Source of the DNA: Candidatus Limimorpha sp.
GTDB taxonomy: Bacteria > Bacteroidota > Bacteroidia > Bacteroidales > F082
Length of the DNA: 64,000 nt
Direction of reading: 5' to 3'
NCBI GenBank assembly: GCA_045111995.1
Contig: JBGUHI010000034.1
Coordinates: forward strand, 66,308 to 130,307
Below are positions 16,393-26,139 of this stretch, piece after piece. Position 1 is the stretch's first letter. Every line of letters starts with the position of its first letter. The notes under the pieces are model-generated. The model made no database searches. It worked only from the letters and a program-made list of their open reading frames with translations, and was not told where the DNA came from. The translations under genes and the position numbers were made by a program.

Positions 16393-18139
16393 CCAACTCC
16401 AACCACCGCAGCTCCTTCTCGTCGAGCAAGTCCTTGATTTCTTGCAGGCGGTTGCCCATCTCGTGGAGTTTTTGGTAGTCGGTTTCGCTGCTCAAAGCTT
16501 CGGTTAGGGTTTGTTTTTCGGCTTCGAGGTCGGCCATTTCTTTTGTAAGACTCTCATATTCACGCTGTTCCTTGAACGAGCGTTTCACCTTTTCGCGCTG
16601 CTTCACCGGACGCTCTTCTTCCTTCACCTGCGCCGACTTCTCCTTGCGTTCCTCTTTCTGTTTGGCATCCAACCAATCCTTGTATTGGGAATAGTTGCCC
16701 ATGAAGCCTTTCACATTGCCATCGCCTTGGAACACAAACAGTTGGTTCACGACTTCATCCATGAAGAAACGGTCGTGAGAAACCACCAACAGGCAGCCTT
16801 TGTAGCCTTGCAAGAAGTCTTCTAATTTCTGTAAAGTTAGCAAGTCCAAGTCGTTGGTAGGCTCGTCAAGGATGAGGAAATTGGGATTCTGCACCAAGAT
16901 AGTCAAAAGGTACAAGCGCCGTTTCTCGCCGCCACTGAGCAGAGCCACGGGCTGGCGGTGCATCTTGTATGGGAAATTGAAATGCGCCAACAGTTGGTCG
17001 GCGGTATAGACCTTGTCTTTTCCGTAGGTCATCACCTCGGCGATGTCGCGCACGGTGCTCAATACTGTTTTGCTCTCGTCAAATTGTATGCCTTCCTGAC
17101 GATAGTAGCCGTAAGTTACTGTTTCACCAGTCTTTATGCGGCCTCGGTCGGGCAAGACGCTACCCGTTATCAAATTCAAAAATGTGGACTTCCCCACTCC
17201 GTTCTTTCCAATCAAGCCGATGCGCTCGCCGCGTTTGAAGACATAGTCGAAGTCCTTCAAAACGGGGAGTTCGCCGTAGGATTTCGACACATTGCTCATT
17301 TCCAGTATCTTGCCGCCAAGACGTTGCATCTGCAATCCGAACTCAAGCCGCTCGTCTTGTTCTTGGTATCGCGACCGCTCCTTCAAGTCGTAAAACGCCT
17401 CGATGCGGCTCTTCGACTTGGTGGTGCGGGCTTGCGGCGTACTGCGCATCCATTCCAGCTCGTGCTTCAGCAGTTGGCTGTTGCGCTCCGCCGTGGCGCG
17501 TTTCACCTCCTCGCGTTCGCGACTTTTCCGAACGTAATAGTCGAAATTGCCGTTGTGGGTGTACATCACGCCTTGGTAGAGTTCAAAAATCTTATTGCAC
17601 ACTCTATCAAGGAAATATCGGTCGTGTGTAACCATCAGCAAGGTCATGTTGGATTGCTTGAGGAACTTCTCCAACCACTCCACCATTTCCACATCGAGAT
17701 GGTTGGTGGGCTCGTCAAGTATCAGGAAATCAGGCTCATGGAGCAAGACTAAAGCCAACGCCAAACGTTTCACTTGTCCGCCCGAGAGTTCGTCAACGGA
17801 TTGTTCCAAATTGTTCAAAGCGAAGCGGGTAAGGTATTGCCTCGCCTTCAGGTGCTGCTCTTCGCTAAGGTCGGCAATCAAGTCGGAAATGCGTGTCCCA
17901 GCGGGATACACGGGAAGTTGTTCCAAATAGCCGATTTTCAGGTCGTTGGCGTAGGTAATCGTCCCCGAATCGGGCGACTCCTGCCCTACCAGAATCTTCA
18001 GCATGGTCGATTTGCCCGATCCGTTGGTGGCAATCAGCGCGGTCTTGTCGCCTTTCTCGATGCCGAAGGTGACATCGTCAAACAAAGTCTTGATACCGAA
18101 CGACTTGGATATGGAATTAACAGAAAGGTAATTCATCAC
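16376..18139 (-). CDS. ABC-F family ATP-binding cassette protein
   Basis: Two ABC ATPase cassettes (GSGKST / LSGGQ / ILDEPTNHLD, and GVGKST / LSGGEKRR / ILDEPTNDLD), no TM domain, and a charged C-terminal coiled coil. Confidence 0.9.
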   Translation of the reverse strand: MMNYLSVNSISKSFGIKTLFDDVTFGIEKGDKTALIATNGSGKSTMLKILVGQESPDSGTITYANDLKIGYLEQLPVYPAGTRISDLIADLSEEQHLKARQYLTRFALNNLEQSVDELSGGQVKRLALALVLLHEPDFLILDEPTNHLDVEMVEWLEKFLKQSNMTLLMVTHDRYFLDRVCNKIFELYQGVMYTHNGNFDYYVRKSREREEVKRATAERNSQLLKHELEWMRSTPQARTTKSKSRIEAFYDLKERSRYQEQDERLEFGLQMQRLGGKILEMSNVSKSYGELPVLKDFDYVFKRGERIGLIGKNGVGKSTFLNLITGSVLPDRGRIKTGETVTYGYYRQEGIQFDESKTVLSTVRDIAEVMTYGKDKVYTADQLLAHFNFPYKMHRQPVALLSGGEKRRLYLLTILVQNPNFLILDEPTNDLDLLTLQKLEDFLQGYKGCLLVVSHDRFFMDEVVNQLFVFQGDGNVKGFMGNYSQYKDWLDAKQKEERKEKSAQVKEEERPVKQREKVKRSFKEQREYESLTKEMADLEAEKQTLTEALSSETDYQKLHEMGNRLQEIKDLLDEKELRWLELDEIGG

Positions 18140-18597
18140 ACAAACCGCTTGACGTACTCAATGGGATACTGGCTTTTTTCGGAGACCTGCTCCACCGTCA
18201 TGCCCGACTTGAGCATCTTCTTGATGACGGCATCCATCGCCTCACCAACTTCAATGATATGGAAATCAGGGTCGTAGAAGCGGACAATGCGCTGTCCCCA
18301 CGGCATTTCCTCCACGCCATGCACATACTTGAGTTTGGGGAATTCCTTCAGATAGTCGATGAATTTGTCAAAGTCTTCCTCCTCGAAATACAGCTCAACG
18401 GCATTGTTTTTGCGCCGCACGTTGTCGGTATGAATCATGGCTTTCCATTTCTTCATCTCCTGAAGTGCGAAACCGCCTTCAAATTGTACGTTTTCGCCAA
18501 AGTCCATGGCAACTCGGTCGCCAATGACTTCCTCATAGAAACCGATGGACTTCTCCATGTCGGTGACCGCCAGCAGCGGGCATTTGAATCTCAGCAT
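18136..18597 (-). CDS. VOC (glyoxalase/bleomycin-resistance) family protein
   Basis: The sequence LLAVTDMEKSIGFYEEVIG and a beta-alpha-beta-beta-beta pattern repeated twice. Its stop overlaps the ABC-F start by 4 nt. Confidence 0.7.
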   Translation of the reverse strand: MLRFKCPLLAVTDMEKSIGFYEEVIGDRVAMDFGENVQFEGGFALQEMKKWKAMIHTDNVRRKNNAVELYFEEEDFDKFIDYLKEFPKLKYVHGVEEMPWGQRIVRFYDPDFHIIEVGEAMDAVIKKMLKSGMTVEQVSEKSQYPIEYVKRFV

Positions 18598-18617
18598 ATC
18601 GTTTGGTTTTGATTGTG

Positions 18618-18625
18618 CAAAAATA
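18618..18625 (-). promoter_or_regulatory. Bacteroidota -7 box for the VOC/ABC-F/helicase transcription unit
   Basis: 'caaaaata' on the + strand, 20 nt upstream of the ATG at 18597. Confidence 0.45.
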
Positions 18626-18655
18626 AAAAAAGCCTCGCATCCACAGACACGAGGC
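18624..18655 (-). terminator. Rho-independent terminator after galM
   Basis: Read on the - strand: gcctcg-N12-cgaggc hairpin (18632-18655) followed by a T-run (the A-run 18624-18631 on the + strand). Confidence 0.6.
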
Positions 18656-18674
18656 GATATCTTTTTCCGAAAAC

Positions 18675-19820
18675 TTATTTCTTCGCTTCCTTGGGAAGGA
18701 CAGCAAACTTGTAGATACAGAGTTGGGTATACTTCTCGCCAGGATTCAAGACCGGCTTGGGGGACAGTGTCTCTTGGTTGATGGCATCAGGGAAATATTG
18801 AGGCTCAAGTGACAGGCCTTCGCGATATTTCAAGGCTTTGCCCCACTTGCCCATGCCTTTGCCATCGATGGAGTTTCCGCTGTTGAATTGCAAGCCCACT
18901 TGGTCGCTCCACACCTGCATCTCACGTCCGCTTTGAAGTTCGGTCAGCGTGGCGTTCCATGTGTAGGCCCTAATGTCGGTCTTGTCGATAATCCAATTGT
19001 GGTCGTAACCTTTGGCATTCTTGATTTGTTCGTCGTCGGCGGCGATGTCATTGCCGATGCGGTGTTTCTCGCGGAAGTCGAACGGGGTTTCTTTCACGCC
19101 AGAGAACTTGCCGTTGGGAACCAGGTGCTCGTCGATGGTGGTCATATAGCGCGAGTTGATTTGCAGTTCGTGGTCAAGGATGTTGCCGTTGCCTTCTCCC
19201 TTCAGGTTGAAGAAGGAATGGTGCGAGAAATTGCAAAGCGTGGGCGCGTCGGTGGTGGCTGCATAGCGGATCTGGAACTGGTTGTCGTGCGTCAACGTGT
19301 AGCTCATCGTCACGTCAAGATTGCCGGGGAAGCCGTCTTCGCCATCGGCGAACACGGTGTGCATGGTGATGACGCTGTCGTTGGCCGAAGCCACTTCCCA
19401 CACACGTTTGTCGGCACCGATGAGGCCGCCATGGAGCGTATTTCCGCCATCGTTATCGGGAAGTTGATACTCGGTCCCGTCAATGGTGAACTTGGCATTG
19501 GAGATACGGTTGGCGCAACGGCCCACCACGGCACCGAGATAACGTTCGCCCTTGTTGTCCAAATACTTGTCGATATGGTCGTAACCGAGAACGATGTCCT
19601 CATAGCTACCTTGACGATCGGGCATCCAAAGGGCGACGACACGACCACCGTAGTTGGTGACCTGCATCGTCAGGAAACCGTTGCGCAAGGTATACAGCGA
19701 CACTTTCTTGCCTTCCACTTCGGTGTTGAAATTCTCGGCTGGAATCAGTTTGACTTCTTTTTTCTTGTTGCAACCGACTAACGACAAAGCCATTGCAAAA
19801 ATCAATAACGCTTTTTTCAT
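18675..19820 (-). CDS. galM: Aldose 1-epimerase (galactose mutarotase) lipoprotein
   Basis: Lipobox LVGC. Mutarotase blocks are present (GRCANRI, NTLHGG, HSFFNL, YREGLSLEPQ). Confidence 0.85.
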   Translation of the reverse strand: MKKALLIFAMALSLVGCNKKKEVKLIPAENFNTEVEGKKVSLYTLRNGFLTMQVTNYGGRVVALWMPDRQGSYEDIVLGYDHIDKYLDNKGERYLGAVVGRCANRISNAKFTIDGTEYQLPDNDGGNTLHGGLIGADKRVWEVASANDSVITMHTVFADGEDGFPGNLDVTMSYTLTHDNQFQIRYAATTDAPTLCNFSHHSFFNLKGEGNGNILDHELQINSRYMTTIDEHLVPNGKFSGVKETPFDFREKHRIGNDIAADDEQIKNAKGYDHNWIIDKTDIRAYTWNATLTELQSGREMQVWSDQVGLQFNSGNSIDGKGMGKWGKALKYREGLSLEPQYFPDAINQETLSPKPVLNPGEKYTQLCIYKFAVLPKEAKK

Positions 19821-19892
19821 TTTTCTTGGTTCAAATCTTCAAAAATCGGGCGGCAAAATTACAAAAACTCTTTGTTCCTTGCAAACACATTT

Positions 19893-21362
19893 TTACTTCG
19901 TTCTCACTACCCCCTGATAATCAACCTCTTTATGTCTGCGCAAAAATTCTATCATCATTTCCTCCGAAGTCTTGAACATACTGATGCCGTCGTCCACGCT
20001 TTCTATGGTGACCGTGGAAGCCATGTAGCTGTTCATCGCCACCTTATATGTCTTGGAGGTCGAGAAGGTCTTTCCTTCCATGCTGACCCAAACGTTTCTG
20101 CCGTCGTCGTCGACAGAATAGGTCATGCCCGAGACATACGAGGGGAAGCCGCCGTTCTTGCGATAGGAGTTGAGGATGTATCTCTTCACTTGCGAGCCCG
20201 TCATCTGAAACACGACGATTTCGTTGTTGAACGGGTCGATGCTGTAGATGTCCTTGATAGTGATGGGGCCTTTGTTCAAGTGCTTGACGCGCACGCCGCC
20301 GGTGTTTTGGAAGGCGAAATCTGCACCGCTGATCTCGCGAATGGCATCGGTCATCATGCAGCCTATTTCCTCGGGAGTCTCGAATTTGGTCTTGGCCACG
20401 GCGATGGCCTCGTTCAAGCCTTGCGAGTCGTTAAACTCGCCCACCAGTTCCCTAATCTTTGCATTTTCCTTTCGCACATTGTTGACATTCAACACAATGC
20501 CTTCCTTCTCCACGACCTTGTGGCCTTTCACCGTCAGTTTCACCAAAGTGGCATTCTTGAGATGCGATCCCGACTGGGTAACCAGAACACCGCTGGTCTG
20601 TGACGGATGCTCGACTAAGGTGTGGCTATGGCCTCCTATGACAACATCAATCCAGGGGTTGGCTTGGGCAAGCTCCATGTCGTCCTCAAAGCCGCAATGC
20701 GAAAGCAAAACCACCACGTCGTTCGCGTTGCGGAGATGTTTGTATTCGGGCAACACCACCTCGGGAGCCTTGAAACTCACTGTCCTGATGTTGTCGGGAT
20801 GTGTCCCGGGAATGTTGCCGTGGCGCACTTCAATCATGCCGATGACGGCTATCTTAACCCCCTGACTCTCAAAAGTCTCAAACGGCTTGATATCGAGACC
20901 TACATCATTGGGTATGAACACATTGGCGCAAACAAAAGGAAACTTGGCCCTTTTCATGTCGTTCTGCAAGTTGACGATTTTTGCGTCCCATTCATGGTTG
21001 CCGACGGCACTGAGGTCGAAGCCCGTGCGGTTCATCAACTCGATCATGGGATAGTTGACGGGCGAGTATTGGTCGTTGACGGGATTGCCCGTGCGGTTGT
21101 CGCCCGCCGAAAAAAGCAGCAGGTCGGGATAGACGGCGCGCAGGCTGTCGACCATGGCGGCAAACTTGGGGAACTGGTCAATGCTGGAATGCATGTCGTT
21201 GACCGAGAGGATGACTATTTCGGCATCGCCCACAGACAACTGATTCTCAGTTTGTTTCGTCGGAACGGCTTGTTCATTCACGCCATCGTCACGAGTGCGA
21301 AGCAACAGGAAAAGCACTACAGCAACCAAGGCAAGCGCCAACAACAACTTCTTCTTGTTCAT
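19893..21362 (-). CDS. Bifunctional metallophosphatase / 5'-nucleotidase
   Basis: Calcineurin-like motifs (ILSVNDMHS, SAGDN, GNHEWD, VVLLSHCG, GGHSH) plus a C-terminal 5'-nucleotidase substrate-binding region. Confidence 0.85.
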   Translation of the reverse strand: MNKKKLLLALALVAVVLFLLLRTRDDGVNEQAVPTKQTENQLSVGDAEIVILSVNDMHSSIDQFPKFAAMVDSLRAVYPDLLLFSAGDNRTGNPVNDQYSPVNYPMIELMNRTGFDLSAVGNHEWDAKIVNLQNDMKRAKFPFVCANVFIPNDVGLDIKPFETFESQGVKIAVIGMIEVRHGNIPGTHPDNIRTVSFKAPEVVLPEYKHLRNANDVVVLLSHCGFEDDMELAQANPWIDVVIGGHSHTLVEHPSQTSGVLVTQSGSHLKNATLVKLTVKGHKVVEKEGIVLNVNNVRKENAKIRELVGEFNDSQGLNEAIAVAKTKFETPEEIGCMMTDAIREISGADFAFQNTGGVRVKHLNKGPITIKDIYSIDPFNNEIVVFQMTGSQVKRYILNSYRKNGGFPSYVSGMTYSVDDDGRNVWVSMEGKTFSTSKTYKVAMNSYMASTVTIESVDDGISMFKTSEEMMIEFLRRHKEVDYQGVVRTK

Positions 21363-21409
21363 AGGACAACTGATGATTGAATTTGCAGCAAAGTTACGAA
21401 AAAAATTCT

Positions 21410-21417
21410 TACCTTTG
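21410..21417 (+). promoter_or_regulatory. Bacteroidota -7 box only 7 nt upstream of the hybrid-kinase ATG
   Basis: 'tacctttg' matches TAnnTTTG. The spacing implies a leaderless or near-leaderless mRNA. Confidence 0.4.
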
Positions 21418-21424
21418 CGCCGTC

Positions 21425-23881
21425 ATGTCGAAGAAAAGCCAAAACGATTACCCGAGCGGGAGCCGGACGAGCTGGAAGGTGGTCATCACCTACTTGTTCG
21501 TCATCGCACTGTGCGCGGCCTTGTTTTACTACATCTTCAACCTGCGCAAGAGCATCGAGAGCCAACGCTCCAACATCAACTCCCAGCACGAAGCGCTCAG
21601 CTGGGTCAACGAGTTCACCAAAAACGTCCATGCCGCCCAAAACGCCGCCAACCTATACGCCTTCACCGAACAGCAGAAATACAAACGCGAGTTCAATGCC
21701 TACCGCGACATGATTGAGTCCTTGACCGACTCATTAATGACTTTTGAGATTAGCAAAGACAACAAATTGATGGTAAACGAGATAAACAAGCTCATTAAAA
21801 GCAAAGGTCGAATCAGTAGCGAGTTGTCTCGACAGTTCCATGATTTCAACCCGTTGGCCGAGTTCGACCGCACCATCGATGCCTACTCACCCCCGCCACC
21901 CGAGGAGGAAATCGTGGTCACCACTGTCTCGAAAGACACCGTACTCCGCGTGCCAAAGGCAGAGAAAAAGAAGAGTTTTTGGCAACGTGTAGGCAACGTG
22001 TTCAGCCCCGACGAAAAAGAGGAAGACAGTCTGGTGTATTTCAGCATCGAACGCACCGACACGCTGCGCATACAACAACAGCCTACCGACACCATCGACA
22101 TCCTCGCCGACCTGCGCATCCTCTCCGAGAAAGCCAAAACCGAATACTGGAGCAAAATCAAGCAATACGAGAAGAACACGCAAGAACTGACCAAGGCCGA
22201 CAACCAACTCTCGGAACAGATATCCACCTTATTAATCCGCCTCAACCAAGAAATCCTCGACTCCACCGTCGCCGAAATCGAAAAAAGCGAGTTGATCATC
22301 CACGAGAACACGAAGACCTCCATTCTCATCGGCGCGGCAACATTGGCCTTAATCATCATTTTCATCATATTGATTATCAGCGACGTAAACAAAGGATATC
22401 GAGCCCGTCGCGCCGCCGAGGAAGCCAAGAGAAAGACCGAGGAAATCATGGAAAGCCGCCACAAGCTGCTGCTCTCGGTGTCGCACGACATCAAGGCGCC
22501 GCTCACTTCCATCATGGGCCACGTGGAACTCATGGACAAGTCCGAGAACGAGAAAGACATCGTCTCCATCCAACAATCCGCCGACCACATCCTCAACCTC
22601 CTCAACAATCTTTTGGAGTACTCCCGCCTCGAACAAGGCAAGCTGCAAATCAACAAGGAGACTTTCGACATCGTACAGCTTTGCGAAGAGATTGCAGAAA
22701 TGTTTGCCCCCATCGCCAAGCACAAGAACCTGCAATTCAACTTTGAGAACACCATCGGAACGGGCACACACATCAACTCCGACAAGCTTAAAATCAGGCA
22801 GATATTAACCAACATCATTTCCAATGGCATCAAATACACCTTGGAAGGCAGCGTCTGCTTCAAGGCTCGCTTAGGGCGCAGCCTGGTCGTCTTCGACATC
22901 ATTGACACCGGCGTAGGCATCCCGCAAGACAAACTGGAAGAGGTGTTCAAGCCTTTCGTGCGCATCGAGACCTACAACCAGTTCGCCGAAGGCAGCGGCT
23001 ACGGAATGTCGGTCGTCAAAGGTCTCGTCGACCTGCTCGGCGGCGAAATCCACACCGAGTCGGAAGTGGGAAAAGGATCACACTTCGAGGTTAGGATTCC
23101 TGTAGAAGAGGTAGACCAGCCTATTGAAGAAAAGAATGAAGTAACAGGTAGCAATAAAAAGAGCCTCAATATCTTAGTATTCGATGATGACAACACCTTG
23201 CTCTCGGTCATCGACAACATGCTGCACCGTCTCGGACACCAAGCCGTTCCTTGCCGTTCGATGAACGATTTAGACAACGCCATGCAGCAAATCCAAGACT
23301 ACGACTACATCCTCACCGACCGTGAGATGGGTGCAGTGACAGGCAACGACGTGCTCCATCAGGTCAAGGAAGTCGACCCCAAGAAACCCATCATCCTGAT
23401 GACTGGCCGCATCGAGTACACCACCGAGAAAGCCAAGGAAGAAGGTTTTGATGGATTCTTGCAAAAACCATTCAACCTTAAGCAATTAGAAAACCTGTTC
23501 GGAAGCGTTGCTTTAAGTGATAACGAAACCGAAACCGCTTTCCCCGACTTCCCGGCCTTTAGCGAGATGATGGGCAATGACAAGGAAGCCATGACCGCGA
23601 TTCTCAATGTCTTCGTGCAGTCGACAGCCGATGATTTGGTTGCAATGAACACTTTAATTGAAGAGTCGGATTTTGTTGGTATGCAGAGCCTTTGCCACAA
23701 GATGCTTCCCATGTTCACCCAACTGGAACGCGACACCACCTTCCTATCCAAGATGAACGCCCTTCGCGGCACTGGAAAAAAAGAGAAGCATTACCGCAAA
23801 TGGAAAGACGACTCCCGTCGATTCATGGAACAAACCGACGAACTGATGGACTTGTTGGCGGAGAAATACGGGATTGGCTGA
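21425..23881 (+). CDS. Hybrid sensor histidine kinase / response regulator with C-terminal HPt-like region
   Basis: Domains seen: HisKA (LLLSVSHDIKAPLTSI), HATPase (DTGVGIP, GSGYGMSVV), REC (ILVFDDD...ILTDREM), and an HPt-like CHKMLPMF. The track ORF begins at 21377; MSKKSQ at 21425 fits the promoter box. Confidence 0.85.
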   Translation: MSKKSQNDYPSGSRTSWKVVITYLFVIALCAALFYYIFNLRKSIESQRSNINSQHEALSWVNEFTKNVHAAQNAANLYAFTEQQKYKREFNAYRDMIESLTDSLMTFEISKDNKLMVNEINKLIKSKGRISSELSRQFHDFNPLAEFDRTIDAYSPPPPEEEIVVTTVSKDTVLRVPKAEKKKSFWQRVGNVFSPDEKEEDSLVYFSIERTDTLRIQQQPTDTIDILADLRILSEKAKTEYWSKIKQYEKNTQELTKADNQLSEQISTLLIRLNQEILDSTVAEIEKSELIIHENTKTSILIGAATLALIIIFIILIISDVNKGYRARRAAEEAKRKTEEIMESRHKLLLSVSHDIKAPLTSIMGHVELMDKSENEKDIVSIQQSADHILNLLNNLLEYSRLEQGKLQINKETFDIVQLCEEIAEMFAPIAKHKNLQFNFENTIGTGTHINSDKLKIRQILTNIISNGIKYTLEGSVCFKARLGRSLVVFDIIDTGVGIPQDKLEEVFKPFVRIETYNQFAEGSGYGMSVVKGLVDLLGGEIHTESEVGKGSHFEVRIPVEEVDQPIEEKNEVTGSNKKSLNILVFDDDNTLLSVIDNMLHRLGHQAVPCRSMNDLDNAMQQIQDYDYILTDREMGAVTGNDVLHQVKEVDPKKPIILMTGRIEYTTEKAKEEGFDGFLQKPFNLKQLENLFGSVALSDNETETAFPDFPAFSEMMGNDKEAMTAILNVFVQSTADDLVAMNTLIEESDFVGMQSLCHKMLPMFTQLERDTTFLSKMNALRGTGKKEKHYRKWKDDSRRFMEQTDELMDLLAEKYGIG

Positions 23882-24655
23882 TTATTTGGCAAGGTGGAAA
23901 CGGTAGCCGTCCCAGACGAACTCCTTCTCCTCTTTCCCCTTCACAGAATAAACTGTAGCCTTGATGTTTTTGCCGGTACGGGGCAACGAAAGCACCACCA
24001 CAGGACGTTCTTCAAACCACCGGCCAAATTCTTCCATAGTCATCTGTTTCCTCTCGCCAGTCACATGGTCGTTGGCATAGTACCACTGTTCGCCGTCAAA
24101 CTCATACTCCTTGGACGAAGTCAGGCTGGACAACTCCTCAATATCGATGGCATCAGGAATCGTGACCAACTTATGCGTAGCCTTGTCGTACAAATAAAAG
24201 ATGACACCGTCATACTGTCCTTCGTCATGAGGCACACCATCGATGGTACCGCCTGTGTTCTCAGCGAACACCTTATGCTTGCCATCGGCGCAATTCCACG
24301 CCACCATCTCCACGAAAACAGTGTTCCTGTAGATTTCGGTGGTTCCTTCATTTTCGTATTCATCGACAAACTCCGTATCATACCTGAAATAGCCGTTCTT
24401 TTCGTCCAGGAGAATCGTAGTGCCATCGTCCAAAGGTTTTTTTTGGAGATAGTTTTTCCATGCTTCACTCATAGGGCCACGCACCTCATCCTCGGGTTCG
24501 GCGAGTATGAACGAGACGAACTCCTTGATGGATCCGGTTTTCCCAAAGGTTCCTACTTCATACATATATGCCTTTTCGTACGGCAACTGTGCGTATGAAC
24601 TCATACAGAAAAGCATCATTATTGTTCCACAGATGAGTTTAGACTTGTTCTTCAT
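23882..24655 (-). CDS. Hypothetical secreted protein
   Basis: Signal peptide (MMLFCMSSYAQ) and no motif I recognise. It starts 20 nt downstream of the sigma-54 activator stop. Its stop codon directly abuts the convergent kinase stop. Confidence 0.6.
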   Translation of the reverse strand: MKNKSKLICGTIMMLFCMSSYAQLPYEKAYMYEVGTFGKTGSIKEFVSFILAEPEDEVRGPMSEAWKNYLQKKPLDDGTTILLDEKNGYFRYDTEFVDEYENEGTTEIYRNTVFVEMVAWNCADGKHKVFAENTGGTIDGVPHDEGQYDGVIFYLYDKATHKLVTIPDAIDIEELSSLTSSKEYEFDGEQWYYANDHVTGERKQMTMEEFGRWFEERPVVVLSLPRTGKNIKATVYSVKGKEEKEFVWDGYRFHLAK

Positions 24656-24675
24656 AATAATACTGTTTTGATAGT

Positions 24676-26016
24676 TTATAGTTCTATCCCGTAAAGATGC
24701 ATCTTATTGTACAAGGTCTTGCGGTCGATTTGCAACAGCTTGGCCGCCACGGTCTTGTTGCCCCTCGCCTTCTGCAAGGCGGCCTCAATCTGTTCCTTCT
24801 CGTGCTCTGGGCGCAGTGCCCAGTCGTCTTCGGCGGCAGGCGTGATGATGTTTTTCTTGTTGGGTGGGCTGAACACAGGAAGGTCGTCCATCTCGATGTT
24901 CTCGCCCTCGGCGAAGAGCACGCAGCGGCGCAACACGTTGCGCAACTCACGCAGGTTGCCGTTCCAACGTTGTTCCTTCATTCGCCGTAGGGCATCGTCG
25001 GAGACGCCTTTCACGTTCTTGCCCAGCTCCTCGTTGGCCTGACGGATGAAAAACGCCGTCAGTTCCTCGAAGTCTTCGAGGCGGTCGCGCAAGGGCGGTA
25101 CCTCGATGGCGAACTCGTTGATTCTGTGGAACAAGTCCTGACGAAAGCGTCCTTCTTCAATGGCTTGCTCCAGGTTCTCGTTGGTGGCGGCGAGGATGCG
25201 TACGTCGACGTGAATGTCGGTGGCCGAACCCACGGGCCTCACTTTCTGCTCCTGCAAGGCGCGGAGCAACTGCATCTGCACCTCGTAGGGCAGGTTGCCC
25301 ACCTCGTCGAGGAACACCGTGCCACCCTTGGCCTGCTCAAAGACACCCTTCTTGTCGGCGATGGCGGAGGTGAACGAGCCTTTCAGATGCCCAAACAACT
25401 CACTGGGTGCCAGTTCTTTGGATAGGCTTCCGCAGTCGACGGGAATGAAAGGGCCGTCCTTGTATTGGCTATGGTCGTGGATCATACGGGCGATGTATTC
25501 CTTTCCCGTACCACTCTCGCCCAGGATGAGCACAGAGAACTTTGTGGGCGCCACCAACTCGACATGCTTGTATAGCCGTTGCATGGCTGGGCTTTTGCCC
25601 TTGACCCATTGCTTGTTGGCGGGCAAAAACGCCTCTTCCGCCTCTTCCTCGGTGGAAGTCATGGCAGCAGAGATCTTCTCTTCGAGCACGCTGGGATTGA
25701 TGGGTTTCTTGAGGTAGTCGAAAGCGCCAAGCTTCATGGCCGACACGGCGGTCTGCACTTCGGCATAGCCCGTCATCACGATGATAGGCACCTTGCTTTT
25801 CAGCTTTTCGCGCACCCAAGTCATCAATAGGATGCCGTCGCCGTCGGGAAGGCGCAAGTCGGTAAGAATCAAGTTGAAAGCTCCGTTGGAGATTTCAGCC
25901 TTAGCCTGCTCGTAGCGCGAAGCCAGCACAGCCTCATAGCCGTTCTTCTTCAGCCACGACTGGATCATCAGGCCGAAGGAAGCGTCGTCTTCCACAACTA
26001 GAATTCTACATTTCAT
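24676..26016 (-). CDS. Sigma-54-dependent Fis-family response regulator (NtrC-like)
   Basis: REC (ILVVEDD...LILTDLRLPDGDG), an AAA+ sigma-54 interaction domain (GESGTGKE, GAFTSA-like GSFTSA, FLDEVGNL, RLEDF), and a C-terminal Fis HTH (AAKLLQIDRKTLYNKM). The start MKCRIL at 26016 is preferred over 26064. Confidence 0.9.
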   Translation of the reverse strand: MKCRILVVEDDASFGLMIQSWLKKNGYEAVLASRYEQAKAEISNGAFNLILTDLRLPDGDGILLMTWVREKLKSKVPIIVMTGYAEVQTAVSAMKLGAFDYLKKPINPSVLEEKISAAMTSTEEEAEEAFLPANKQWVKGKSPAMQRLYKHVELVAPTKFSVLILGESGTGKEYIARMIHDHSQYKDGPFIPVDCGSLSKELAPSELFGHLKGSFTSAIADKKGVFEQAKGGTVFLDEVGNLPYEVQMQLLRALQEQKVRPVGSATDIHVDVRILAATNENLEQAIEEGRFRQDLFHRINEFAIEVPPLRDRLEDFEELTAFFIRQANEELGKNVKGVSDDALRRMKEQRWNGNLRELRNVLRRCVLFAEGENIEMDDLPVFSPPNKKNIITPAAEDDWALRPEHEKEQIEAALQKARGNKTVAAKLLQIDRKTLYNKMHLYGIEL

Positions 26017-26020
26017 GGCG

Positions 26021-26028
26021 CAAAGATA
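26021..26028 (-). promoter_or_regulatory. Bacteroidota -7 box 4 nt upstream of the sigma-54 activator ATG
   Basis: 'caaagata' on the + strand equals TATCTTTG on the - strand. This implies a leaderless transcript. Confidence 0.4.
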
Positions 26029-26062
26029 AGAAAAAATCCGTTGATTCCACAAAAATACACAC

Positions 26063-26105
26063 AAAAAAAAGCCTCACATTGGGGAAATGTGAGGCTTTTT
26101 GAAAA
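26063..26105. terminator. Bidirectional rho-independent terminator
   Basis: 9-bp stem gcctcacat / atgtgaggc (26071-26095), flanked by an A-run and a T-run. It lies downstream of the 26140 gene. Confidence 0.7.
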
Positions 26106-26139
26106 AAAATTGAAAACGAGCAGTTCCGTAAAACGGATT

